Shown: positions 45,709-55,045 of the stretch, in pieces
How the letters are laid out: every line of letters begins with the position of its first letter
Numbering within the stretch: the stretch's first letter is position 1
Source: a virus
IMG/VR virus record: IMGVR_UViG_3300021432_000008
Coordinates: 1-64,000 of that record
Direction: 5' to 3' (one strand)
Length of the DNA stretch: 64,000 bases
The notes under the pieces: generated by a model
Database searches by the model: none
Seen by the model: only the letters and a program-made list of their open reading frames with translations
Told to the model about the DNA's origin: nothing
Made by a program: the position numbers and the translations under genes

Positions 45709-46062
45709 GTGACCATCGAAGAATTCTTGGAACAGCCCTGGCATCCCAGCACCGTCACGATGACCGTGAACGGCTTTGAAGCGATGATTGTCGCTGACTT
45801 CCTGACAATCGTCATCACAAGCAACATCTCCGACGCTGGACCAGTGATCCAGATGCGCGACGAGATCCTCCTGGCGCACAACGCGCCCGTTCCCCGCTAC
45901 CTCATCTTCAACGTGGACAAGCACCAGCACGACGTCGAGCTGAAGGACGAGTATACCGAGGACGACAAGTGGATGGCCGACCGCGGTTTCAACGTCATCG
46001 TGGACCTGCGCGAGCGGAAGGCGTACATGGGCGGCGTGTGGAAGGAGTGCAACGTGCGCTAG
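45709..46062 (+). CDS. Hypothetical protein
   Basis: GGAG RBS. Confidence 0.6.
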   Translation: MTIEEFLEQPWHPSTVTMTVNGFEAMIVADFLTIVITSNISDAGPVIQMRDEILLAHNAPVPRYLIFNVDKHQHDVELKDEYTEDDKWMADRGFNVIVDLRERKAYMGGVWKECNVR

Positions 46063-46406
46063 GTGAGTGGCCCATCATAGGGTATCGTTGTCCTTCGCAA
46101 CGCCGCCCACGTCCACTTCCCCTTCGACGGCGCCGCCAGTGCCGCCTTGTAGTACGTGCGCGGGACGGGGTACGTGTAAAAGACGTGCCCCTTGAACTGA
46201 ATCCCCAGACACGACTCCCCCGCCTTATCGCTGGAGTAGTACGCGAGGGCAACGACGTTGCTGCTCTGCACTCCCGTCCACACGTCCCAGCGCTTGAAAT
46301 ACGCCATCGCCGCGTCAGGCGTTCGCCAGCGCGGGCCGCGCGTGGCGCCGACAAGTACCTGCTTCACCGTCCCCGCCGCACGCTTCAGTGATGCCCAGAA
46401 GCCCAT
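46059..46406 (-). CDS. KTSC domain protein
   Basis: VQSSNVVALAY...LGIQFK...YTYPVPRTYYKAALAAPSKGKW. Confidence 0.85.
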   Translation of the reverse strand: MGFWASLKRAAGTVKQVLVGATRGPRWRTPDAAMAYFKRWDVWTGVQSSNVVALAYYSSDKAGESCLGIQFKGHVFYTYPVPRTYYKAALAAPSKGKWTWAALRRTTIPYDGPLT

Positions 46407-46409
46407 AGC

Positions 46410-46628
46410 TCAGCCCTCCGCGCTCTCTTTCAGTTCAGCAGCCCGCCTCGCTTCCCGTCGCTTTTGGCGCGTTGCCATTTTCTCGGCAATAAACGCCTCA
46501 AGCTCTGCCCGTGGCCAATCGGCAATAACGGCAAGACAGTCCTTCAAGCTGAAGCCAGGACAAAAACCTTCAGACAAGGCAACAACCCATACTGCTTCCA
46601 GAGTGCCGAACGCCTCTTGTCTGGTCAT
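46410..46628 (-). CDS. Hypothetical protein
   Basis: GGAGG RBS. Confidence 0.45.
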   Translation of the reverse strand: MTRQEAFGTLEAVWVVALSEGFCPGFSLKDCLAVIADWPRAELEAFIAEKMATRQKRREARRAAELKESAEG

Positions 46629-46631
46629 CGC

Positions 46632-48209
46632 TCAGCCCTCCACCTCGGTGTACTCCCGCGCTTGCCGCTGGTAAATCAAGTGGGACCAGCGGTCCCCGTC
46701 GGCAAGGGCACGGTCAGCGAGTCGGGCGAATGTGATCGCGAGGGAGCGGCGGGAGTGCTGGACGGGCTTGTTTGCCGCCTGCGCCGTCACTTCCTCGGGG
46801 TCGCCACGATGGTAGGTCACATCGCCCCAGCCGAGCTTCTCGCCCGTTTGCTCGGCGCGTTTCTTCAACTCGCTGAAGTCCCAACCGGCGGGGATCGGCG
46901 CCATCTTGGCGAACGAAGAGCCGGCGGCCTTTGCGTCTTCCTCAGCCATCCACGCATCGTTGCTGTTGTCGTAGACGCGGACCTGCGCCGGCTTCCCTTC
47001 CTGCTTGATGGCGACGAAGTATTTACCGCCAACCTTCTCGTTGGGGTGAAAGGCACCAGAAGGTTTCTCCAGCTTCTCTGGCGCCGGAGACTCTTCCGCC
47101 GGCAACCCCTCATCCGTGACGACCTGCTTGTGCAGGTCCTCCCCCAGCTGCCGCTTGTACTTGCCCAGCATCTTCGCGGCGGCTGCCGCTTGCCGGTCGG
47201 TCAACTCGCTCTGTTCGGCCAGCTGTCCGCCGAAGTCGGAATCCATCTTGTTGAAGCCGATGTTGTTGATTTCGCGGGCGCGGTCCTCGTTGCTGCCGTG
47301 CAGCTGGCGCAGGGCCTGGTGGATGGCTTCCTTCCGCTCGGGGCTGATGCGGGGCGGGGGCGTTGTGGGACGAAAGCGCGGAGTGCCCGTTTTCCTTGCC
47401 CAGTGCTCTTTGAAGGTGTCCAGCGATTCCTGAGAGGGAAACTCCGTCGTCCAACCGACACCTGGGATGTTGACGCGCCTGGCGCCGAACGAAGACAGGT
47501 TCTCGTTCTCGGATATTGGTGTGTTCTCGTGGACAGGGTTGGGCTCTACCCACGTCTCGGGGGGTAGGTTCTCGCCTTCACCGGCCGCTTCGGGGTGGCC
47601 GGCGGCGGCGTTGACGAGGTCCTTCTGCGAGGGGCCCTGAATGGCGGCGGTCAGCTCTGCCTGGCGTCGCTTCTTCTCTGCCAGCTGCTCCGCCTTGGCG
47701 AAGGACTTGCCGACCTGCGCCCTCAGTTTTTCGATGTCGGCCTTGGCGCTGGCGATTTGTTGATCGTACTCAGGAAGGCGTTTCTTCTCGAACCCGCGGG
47801 CCGTCGCTTCCAAAGAGCCGAGCCCAGAGAACACGATCTTGTCTCCCTGGCCGTCGATGATCATTTCCATGTCCGTATAGATGTGCCCATCGGCAGTCAT
47901 CCTGTTGCGCAGATAGCCCTTCAAAGGCAAGCCGCGGTAGCTGCCAATCGCGACCGGCTTTCCGGTGTTGCCGTAGCCGTAACCCGGCCTGTCAAGCCTG
48001 TCCTTGTTGCTTTTCTCCCATTCCTCCAGCGCCGCCTCCGTCTTCACGATCAGATACGCCTCCAGATCCTGCCCCAGCTCGCTCGCCAGGGCCGGGAACA
48101 GCCTCGCCAGATGCCGGCGGAGCATGCGCTCCCACTGGTTGTTGCGGATGTACCCCGTCGCCAGTATCGCTCTTGCCGCCTGCTGCCAGTTCATCTTCGT
48201 CTCCTTCAT
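46632..48209 (-). CDS. Head-associated protein containing a segment like the C-terminal tail of DarB/SNF2 helicase-methylases
   Basis: IGSYRGLPL...GSLEATARGF...IEKLRAQVGKSFAKAEQLAEKKRRQAEL; NNIGFNKMDSDFG...LTDRQ. Confidence 0.55.
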   Translation of the reverse strand: MKETKMNWQQAARAILATGYIRNNQWERMLRRHLARLFPALASELGQDLEAYLIVKTEAALEEWEKSNKDRLDRPGYGYGNTGKPVAIGSYRGLPLKGYLRNRMTADGHIYTDMEMIIDGQGDKIVFSGLGSLEATARGFEKKRLPEYDQQIASAKADIEKLRAQVGKSFAKAEQLAEKKRRQAELTAAIQGPSQKDLVNAAAGHPEAAGEGENLPPETWVEPNPVHENTPISENENLSSFGARRVNIPGVGWTTEFPSQESLDTFKEHWARKTGTPRFRPTTPPPRISPERKEAIHQALRQLHGSNEDRAREINNIGFNKMDSDFGGQLAEQSELTDRQAAAAAKMLGKYKRQLGEDLHKQVVTDEGLPAEESPAPEKLEKPSGAFHPNEKVGGKYFVAIKQEGKPAQVRVYDNSNDAWMAEEDAKAAGSSFAKMAPIPAGWDFSELKKRAEQTGEKLGWGDVTYHRGDPEEVTAQAANKPVQHSRRSLAITFARLADRALADGDRWSHLIYQRQAREYTEVEG

Positions 48210-49182
48210 CGAGCGCTGCCCCTTCCGCATCCATGCGGCCAGCCGTGTCCAGCACTCCAATCATATGATGCAGCCGCTGGAGTTGCAAACGCAAAGCCTC
48301 CCGCTTGAGGCGATTCCGCGGCGTGTCCTCTGGCACCCTGTCCAGTGCCGCCGCCACCTGCTCCGCCAGTTCGTCGATGCGATGCTCGGTCAGATTGCCG
48401 TGAAAGCGCCTGATCATGCCGAGTGAGAGCTTCGAGCGCATCTTGCCGTAGTCGGACAACTCGGCATCGCCCTCGTGCTTCTCCAGCGCCGCTTTGACCA
48501 CGCCGGCGAGCTTCTGGCGGTCGATGGGGCCGCGGGCCCTTCGCTTCTCCACGGCCTCCGCCGAGGTGACGGCGGGCTTCTTCTCCGTCACCTTGTCCAC
48601 GTACCAGACATACCCCGTGGTAGGGTTCACCTGACGGATAGCGCCAGGGTAGTCCTTCGACACTCTGCGGTACTGTGTCGCTCCTTCCGGCTCGGGTCCT
48701 TCATCGCTGTCATCGGTATCGTCTGATTCCTCCGCGTGCCACTGCCCCCGGTCGTCCTGCACCACGGACCAGCCCCACTCGGCCAGCTCCTCGTTGGCCG
48801 AGTCAACCTCCTCGTCATCGGGTGGCGAGCCAGCGTCGGAGAGGGCCTGGTACAACTCGCTGTACATGAGGGCGAGGTCCTTCGCTGCCGCCCACTGACC
48901 GCCGCGGCGGTCGCCCAGCACGTCGGCGTAGTCGCCGTAGCCGCCGGGAACACGCGGGGCGGCGAAGCTGAGGAAATCGCCGCGCCGGTGCCGTTGTGGC
49001 TGCTGTGGAGGCTGCTGCCCCAGCGCCTGCACTTCCTCGTCGCTCATGCGGCGGATGGCGTCGGCCTGACGGCGGGCCTCGTCGGGGTCGCCCTCGTCAT
49101 CGAGGAGTAAGGCCAAGATAGCCTGAAGTTTCTCGGCGTTGATGTTCGTATCGCCGGTGGGCGCGGTTGCGGTTAGTGTCAT
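47992..49182 (-). CDS. Acidic head-associated protein (possible N-part of a broken giant gene)
   Basis: GGAG RBS; low-complexity tail overlaps the next ORF by more than 200 bp. Confidence 0.6.
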   Translation of the reverse strand: MTLTATAPTGDTNINAEKLQAILALLLDDEGDPDEARRQADAIRRMSDEEVQALGQQPPQQPQRHRRGDFLSFAAPRVPGGYGDYADVLGDRRGGQWAAAKDLALMYSELYQALSDAGSPPDDEEVDSANEELAEWGWSVVQDDRGQWHAEESDDTDDSDEGPEPEGATQYRRVSKDYPGAIRQVNPTTGYVWYVDKVTEKKPAVTSAEAVEKRRARGPIDRQKLAGVVKAALEKHEGDAELSDYGKMRSKLSLGMIRRFHGNLTEHRIDELAEQVAAALDRVPEDTPRNRLKREALRLQLQRLHHMIGVLDTAGRMDAEGAALDEGDEDELAAGGKSDTGDGVHPQQPVGAHAPPASGEAVPGPGERAGAGSGGVSDREDGGGAGGMGEKQQGQA

Positions 49183-49421
49183 GTTTTCTCTCCAACGACC
49201 GTGAAACTACAGGACCAAATCCTCTGGATGATGGCCCCGTCATCGAAGAGAACGTCATAGGCCGGACAGCCTCCAGACAGGTAAGCGTTGACGATCTCTC
49301 CCGCCTTGCTCTCGTAATTGAGATAGGTTGGGTGTTCCATCGCGAACTTGATGGTCTTGTGCATTTGCACTCTTCTGCCGACCATGTTCGTCTGGAGCCT
49401 GCCCTTGCTTATTGTGGTCAC
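49179..49421 (-). CDS. Small SH3-like protein
   Basis: VGRRV...GEIV...YDVLFDDG. Confidence 0.55.
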   Translation of the reverse strand: MTTISKGRLQTNMVGRRVQMHKTIKFAMEHPTYLNYESKAGEIVNAYLSGGCPAYDVLFDDGAIIQRIWSCSFTVVGEKT

Positions 49422-52400
49422 GTTGTCGCCTCCTCTGCCTGCCGTGCGTAAATGCGTGCGGATGCGGAATCGCCTTCGCTCATCGCCCGCTCCGCCAGCC
49501 GGGCGAACTGCCATGCGCGGCCGGAACGCTGATACCGCGCCGGCGGTCGCTGCGGATCGTACTTCGCCCCCAGGTCCGCGTAGAGCTTCACCTCGCCGTC
49601 CATCGGGTAGACGTAGGGCACCTGATCATCGGGAAGGCTACCAATGTTCTGAGTGTGCCCGCCAGCGATCAGCTTGCCATCCTTCGTGAGACGATCCATC
49701 GCGGACTGGAACTGCCGCACGGTGAGCGTCGGATGTGCCGCACGTGCCGCCTCGTAGACCTGCTTCATCATGGGCTGTCCGAAGCTGTTCTTCTTCTTGG
49801 CGGCAATCACGTTGTCGAGGATCGTGTTCAGCACCTCGGTGGAACCCGAAGGCTGGATCTTCCACGGGTTCAGGTCCGCCGTCTTCCCGGCGGCGCGCTG
49901 CTGCATCATGGTCGTGGCGCCGAGAGCCTGCTTCATCTGGGCTGGCGACATGCCCAGCAGAGGATGGCCGGCGAACGGACTGGAGGACTGCTCCTCCGGC
50001 TCGGACGAAGCGGCAGGCGCCGGGCCCTCACCGCCCTTGCCGGTGAATTGCCCGCCACCGGGGCCGGCGTCCTTGTGTTCATGCCCGCTAGAGTCTTTCA
50101 CAAAATCACCTCCATTCTTGCGATCCGGGGTGGGTGCTGGAGCTTGTGGCCTGGTTGTTTGTGCGGCAAGAGGGGCGGCGCTCGATGCTGGGCTTGCCGG
50201 AGGCTTGCCGGGGGCCTGTGGCCTCATCTGGTGCGGCTGAATGTCGATGTAGCCCAGCGGTCCGCGGTCGCCCTGGATGAACCGCCCCGACGTCGGTTCC
50301 ATGTGCGGGTCGTTGGCCGACTGGAGCGTGAGCCGGTCCTCCTTCTGCCACTTCTGGAGCAGCTGGTGCATCTGCGCGTCGGTGATCTCGGGATGTTTCT
50401 GGCGGATGAGATCCACGAGGCGGGGAATCTTGGGCATCGGCTTGTCGGGCAAGGTCTGCATCTCGCGCTCGAGCTGCTGGTAGGCTTCGCGGGTGGCGTC
50501 CCAGAGGTTAGCCTCCCGCTCCGCCTGTGCCGTGGCCTCGTTGCTCTGCGTGCCGCCGGGGCGCTGGCGGGTGCCGGCAGCGGTAACGACGGGGGAAGGG
50601 GTGGTTGGCGGCGCTGCAAGCCCCAGCTTGTCCTTGATCCTCTGGAAGCCGGGGGATGCCTCGATCTGCTTGCGCACGTTCTCCGGCGACTGTTCGTAGG
50701 AGGTTCGCAGGATCGAGAGCGCCTGCTCGTAGCGCTCCTTCGTGCCTGCGTCGCGGTAGTCCCCCTTGGCCGGATCAGCCTCGGCCAGCCCATAGCTGCC
50801 CGCCGCCTGACGCCAGGTGGTCGGGTGGATGGGGGCAGAGACATTGCCAGCCAGATGGTCGGCCAGTTCGCCAATGCGAGCGCCGAGCGACCGCTCACCC
50901 TCTGTATTGCCGTGCGGCCCCCACTGGCCAGCGAGAGCCTTGGCCTCGTCCTTGCTGATGGACCGGGGAGCGGTTGTTGCGCCGGCGTTGCGCGGTTGTG
51001 GCGCCGGCATTGCGGCCGGCTGTGCCGGAGCAGCGGTAGCCTTTTGCGGTTGTTGCGCGGTTGTTGCGCCGGGCGCAACTTGTGGCTTTGCGGCAGCTTT
51101 CCCCCCGTACTTCGCCTGAAGGTCGGGGTAGTCGGCAAGGACAGCGGGAGGGACGGACTTGCCACTTTTTAGCGCCGTTTCCACCAATGATCGATGAACC
51201 GCATTATCCTTGATCTTGAGCGGTGTCTCCTGTGCATCCTTGATCTGCTTTTCAATGGCCACAGCTGCGGCGTACTTTGCATCGTCGAGAATGACGCCAC
51301 TCTTAACCTTCGCTTCATAGAGAGCCTGATCTATGCCGCCTGATGCCAGTTCCTTGCGGAAACGGTCGGTAATACTCTTATTCAGGAGAAGCCCCTGGTT
51401 GTCCTGCCGGAGCTTATCGACGCGATGCTTAACATCGGCCAACCACTCGTCAGCCGACTGGGTATGGCGATTGTCGTTCTTCGGATCACGGACGAAGCTT
51501 AGATCGTCGCGGTTGTGCCATGCCCGGTTGCCCTTGGTATCTTCCACGCCCACACGCCCGCTTCCCATGCCTCCACTGCCGCGCATGATTCCGACTGTAC
51601 CATCTTTGGTTCGCACTACATCGCCAAATGTGGGAAGACGCGACTGTGACTCGTATTCGTTGACTGTCATCTCCCACGGCTCTTTCTTCGCCGCCGACTT
51701 CGCTTCAGGTGCCGGCGCAGCAGCAGTAGCCTTCGCCGGCACCTCCGGCACGGCTGCTGGCGGCTGCGTTGCCGCTGGCTTCTCCGCCGCCGCCAGCGCC
51801 TGCTTGTGCGCCGCCGCCGTCGGCACGAACCCCGGCGCGCCGATGGCCTGCGCCGCCGAGCGGTGCTTGCGACCCACGGGTGTACCCTCCTGTGCGGCCA
51901 GGGCGCCGGCGATGGCTTCCATGCGGGCGTCGGCGGCGGCTGGCGCCGGCGGCTTCGGTGCCTCCTTCGGCACGGCAGGGCTAGTTGGTGGCCGTGTTGC
52001 AATCGTCGTTGCCACGCCGCCACGAGGGTGAGGTGGGAAGCGTTCCCGCTTGTGCCCTGTCGTACTCTCCAGCTGCTCGATGCCCGTATTCCCACCAGAC
52101 TGAAGGGTCAAGAGGTCGCGCTTTTGCATGTCGCGTAGCAGATCGTGGAAAGCCGGCTCCGTGAGTTGTGGATGCGCTTGCTTGAGCTGGTCGTAAATGT
52201 CCGGTATCGACGGAGTGATGCCGTACTTGTCGGGCTTGTTGATCTGGAAAATATCGCGCTCAACGGCAAGCGTATCCGGCACGGCAGGGCCTGCCGAGGC
52301 AGGCGCGGGTGCCGGTCGAGGCGCCGCGGGCTTTGCGGATGTTGGTGCTGGCGACGGTTTCACTTCCCCCGCCGTTGCCGGCTCCACGTTACCGCCACGC

Positions 52401-54034
52401 CGGCGGACCTCCATGCGTTCGGGCGTGAGGACCTGACCGGGGCGGCTGAGGTTCTTCCACGAGCCATCGGGCTGCTGCTCGAACGTGTCGTTGTAGGAGA
52501 CGACACGGGCGGATTTGGGAGCAACGGGAGCGGGCTGTGGCGCTGCCCCCTCGTCAGGCAGCTTGATCTTGCCCTGTTTCGCGAGCCCGTTGACGTACTC
52601 CAACGCCCCTTCGTGGCTGATCGCCTGACCGCGGTCCTTCATGAGCTGACCAACGTGGTGAGCCAGTTCGCCAGCGGTCGCTTCGGGGTCGGCCTTCAGG
52701 TAGTCAGTGACGGACTTCTCGACGTTCTCCCTGGCGGGAGGTTGCTCCTTCTTGCCCCGTGGCTGGTATTCGTCGTTGTGGGCGCTCATCGCAGCAGCGT
52801 TCGCCTTGACGACGTTGTTCAGAGCGCCCACGACATATTTCAAGGCATCAGCTTCCTCTGCCGAGTAGTGCGGACTGCGCATCGAGCCCCTGACAGAATT
52901 CATCGCCACATTCAGCGCGCCAAAGACTTCGGCATGCGCTGCGGCAGCCTCTTCGGGATTGCCACGTTCAGCTGCCACGGTTGCGGTGCCAAGTAGACTT
53001 TTCACCTCTTCCATCGGCTTGTGGAGTTGATGTAGCCAGGCGACATGATTGCTGGCGTCCTTGATCACCAGCTCTGCCCTGCTCAGCGCTTCCACAACGG
53101 CAGCGCTGTCGGCAACCCCCTCGGCGCCTTCTGCCTCTTCGGGTGGCGATGAAGGCCCTGCTGGCTCGGTCGCCGGCGCTTCCTTCTTCACCCCCTCCGG
53201 CAACGGCACTTCCTTCCCCGGATGCTCCTCGCGCAGCGCCAGTCCTTCCGCCACCTGCTCGCGCGACCGCCCACCCAGAACTCCCCCCATCATCTGCCGC
53301 AACTGCCGCAGCTGGTTAATGTCCATGCCCACCAGCGTATCGATGATTTCGCGCGGATCGCCCTCGCCCTTCTCGCGGAACGCCTTCACCTTGGCCGCGG
53401 CGTCCTCGAGCGCCAGCCGTTCGGGATGCGCGGCTTCCTTGCCCGTGACGTGGGCGATGAGGGCACGCGCCAGGTGCCCCTTGACCTTGCTCCGCAGCCC
53501 GCGCGGCTGTAGCCCCAGGCTGTGCCCCAGCGTCAGGATCTCGCCGTGAGAGAGGGCAAGCAGGCCGTCCGTGACAGCGTTGACGTGTTCCGGCGTGATG
53601 TCGGCGGCGTTGAGGCCCTGGAGCAAGCCACTCACTTCCTGGGCACGGTTGAGGGGCTGGCGTGGTTGAGGGGCCTCTTTCGGCGTCGCCGTCTTGCGAG
53701 AGCCCGGCTCCTGCTCTTGATAGCGCGTTTCACCCGTGCTGTCGCTGGTCCACTTGGTCTTACCAGCCTTCGACGTGCCTCTTGTCCAGCCGGCATGGCG
53801 CAGGGCATCGTCGGGGTCGCGGTCGTAGCGCAGGGATTGCCCGATGCCGGCGAATTGCAGGATCTCGCGGACCAGCGCCGCATGCTCCAGTGAGGCGCGA
53901 GCGAACAGACGCAACTGGTCGCCCGGTCCTTCATCGACGATACCGGCGACGGCCGAGGCGTAGTCGAGCAGGTCGGCGTCGGGCAGGTCGCCGTCGATGG
54001 CGTCGAGCAACAGGGTGGCGTGGTCAAGGGACAT
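49418..54034 (-). CDS. Giant (1538 aa) polyvalent/internal head protein with repeated wHTH-like modules
   Basis: Modular domains separated by PA-rich linkers; GAGGAG RBS. Confidence 0.75.
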   Translation of the reverse strand: MSLDHATLLLDAIDGDLPDADLLDYASAVAGIVDEGPGDQLRLFARASLEHAALVREILQFAGIGQSLRYDRDPDDALRHAGWTRGTSKAGKTKWTSDSTGETRYQEQEPGSRKTATPKEAPQPRQPLNRAQEVSGLLQGLNAADITPEHVNAVTDGLLALSHGEILTLGHSLGLQPRGLRSKVKGHLARALIAHVTGKEAAHPERLALEDAAAKVKAFREKGEGDPREIIDTLVGMDINQLRQLRQMMGGVLGGRSREQVAEGLALREEHPGKEVPLPEGVKKEAPATEPAGPSSPPEEAEGAEGVADSAAVVEALSRAELVIKDASNHVAWLHQLHKPMEEVKSLLGTATVAAERGNPEEAAAAHAEVFGALNVAMNSVRGSMRSPHYSAEEADALKYVVGALNNVVKANAAAMSAHNDEYQPRGKKEQPPARENVEKSVTDYLKADPEATAGELAHHVGQLMKDRGQAISHEGALEYVNGLAKQGKIKLPDEGAAPQPAPVAPKSARVVSYNDTFEQQPDGSWKNLSRPGQVLTPERMEVRRRGGNVEPATAGEVKPSPAPTSAKPAAPRPAPAPASAGPAVPDTLAVERDIFQINKPDKYGITPSIPDIYDQLKQAHPQLTEPAFHDLLRDMQKRDLLTLQSGGNTGIEQLESTTGHKRERFPPHPRGGVATTIATRPPTSPAVPKEAPKPPAPAAADARMEAIAGALAAQEGTPVGRKHRSAAQAIGAPGFVPTAAAHKQALAAAEKPAATQPPAAVPEVPAKATAAAPAPEAKSAAKKEPWEMTVNEYESQSRLPTFGDVVRTKDGTVGIMRGSGGMGSGRVGVEDTKGNRAWHNRDDLSFVRDPKNDNRHTQSADEWLADVKHRVDKLRQDNQGLLLNKSITDRFRKELASGGIDQALYEAKVKSGVILDDAKYAAAVAIEKQIKDAQETPLKIKDNAVHRSLVETALKSGKSVPPAVLADYPDLQAKYGGKAAAKPQVAPGATTAQQPQKATAAPAQPAAMPAPQPRNAGATTAPRSISKDEAKALAGQWGPHGNTEGERSLGARIGELADHLAGNVSAPIHPTTWRQAAGSYGLAEADPAKGDYRDAGTKERYEQALSILRTSYEQSPENVRKQIEASPGFQRIKDKLGLAAPPTTPSPVVTAAGTRQRPGGTQSNEATAQAEREANLWDATREAYQQLEREMQTLPDKPMPKIPRLVDLIRQKHPEITDAQMHQLLQKWQKEDRLTLQSANDPHMEPTSGRFIQGDRGPLGYIDIQPHQMRPQAPGKPPASPASSAAPLAAQTTRPQAPAPTPDRKNGGDFVKDSSGHEHKDAGPGGGQFTGKGGEGPAPAASSEPEEQSSSPFAGHPLLGMSPAQMKQALGATTMMQQRAAGKTADLNPWKIQPSGSTEVLNTILDNVIAAKKKNSFGQPMMKQVYEAARAAHPTLTVRQFQSAMDRLTKDGKLIAGGHTQNIGSLPDDQVPYVYPMDGEVKLYADLGAKYDPQRPPARYQRSGRAWQFARLAERAMSEGDSASARIYARQAEEATT

Positions 54035-54037
54035 GGG

Positions 54038-54259
54038 TCACTCCTCAAGCGGGTCTGGCATTCCGGCAGTCTGCTCCTCCAGCATTGTGCAAATCGACTC
54101 TTCCCAGTACTCCATGAGGAACTTGCTCGCAGCGTCCAGCAACGGCACAACGCTGTTGCTCGTCGCCACCAGCGCCATGCCGGTTTCCGCGATTGCCGCT
54201 GCGGCACGAATCAACTCGATCTCCACGGCATGCTGCCGTGCTTTTTCGTCGTCGGTCAT
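54038..54259 (-). CDS. Hypothetical protein
   Basis: GGAG RBS. Confidence 0.55.
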   Translation of the reverse strand: MTDDEKARQHAVEIELIRAAAAIAETGMALVATSNSVVPLLDAASKFLMEYWEESICTMLEEQTAGMPDPLEE

Positions 54260-54366
54260 TGCTTACTCTCCATTTGAGATAGAATTTGTCTCTATAGCCT
54301 ATTTCTCTATACTCTCTTGAATTTTCCCCTTATAGGAAAAAATTTCCCTTGTAGGGAAAGAGAGTA

Positions 54367-54669
54367 TCAGCCTCCCTCCACCAGCAGCACGCGGCGTCCC
54401 TTCGTCACCAGCTCAACGGCCTTCTCGTTGGCCTTGCTGGCGTCGGGCTCAACATGGACCGCCACGCCAACGAGCAGCGGAGACGGCGTTTCCTTCAGCT
54501 GCTCGATGGTTGGGGAAATCCTCCGTCCCGCGTCCTCCGTCATCACGATCGCGTCGAACGGCTCGCGTCCGTGCGTCTCTTCCGCGACCTTCACGCAGAA
54601 GGCGCGGATCTGCTCCAGCGGCTTGTCGGCGTCCAGCGTCAGCCGGCGAATGAATGAACGATGCTCCAC
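54367..54669 (-). CDS. Hypothetical protein
   Basis: GAGGAGG RBS. Confidence 0.55.
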   Translation of the reverse strand: MEHRSFIRRLTLDADKPLEQIRAFCVKVAEETHGREPFDAIVMTEDAGRRISPTIEQLKETPSPLLVGVAVHVEPDASKANEKAVELVTKGRRVLLVEGG

Positions 54670-54781
54670 TGTCAGTCCTCCTCTTCTTCCGCCGGCGCCT
54701 CAGCGTCCGGCACCAGATCCAGAATGAGCCCGTCTTCCGTCTCGACAGGCTCGCCATCGAACAGTTCGTCGAGGATGTTGT

Positions 54782-55045
54782 TCATCGCAAGAACCTCCAC
54801 CAGAGAAACAGTTGTATCGCGGCCCCAGCGAGCGCACCGGCCAGTAACCCCGGCCATGCCCTCCGCCAGAGGAGCCTAAGGGTGGATTCCGTGGGCTTAA
54901 CGAAGTGTGGCACGTAGCCCTTCGGCGGTGCGTCCGGTATCGGTCGCGGTGGTATCATCACTGCCGGTCCTCTCAGCGGCGCAATCGCTCCCTCGGGTTT
55001 GTCGATGCGCTCGCCCTTGGCGTTCACGTAGACTGGCTGGCTCAT
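54782..55045 (-). CDS. Small protein with a C-terminal TM helix
   Basis: AWPGLLAGALAGAAIQLFLWW. Confidence 0.5.
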   Translation of the reverse strand: MSQPVYVNAKGERIDKPEGAIAPLRGPAVMIPPRPIPDAPPKGYVPHFVKPTESTLRLLWRRAWPGLLAGALAGAAIQLFLWWRFLR

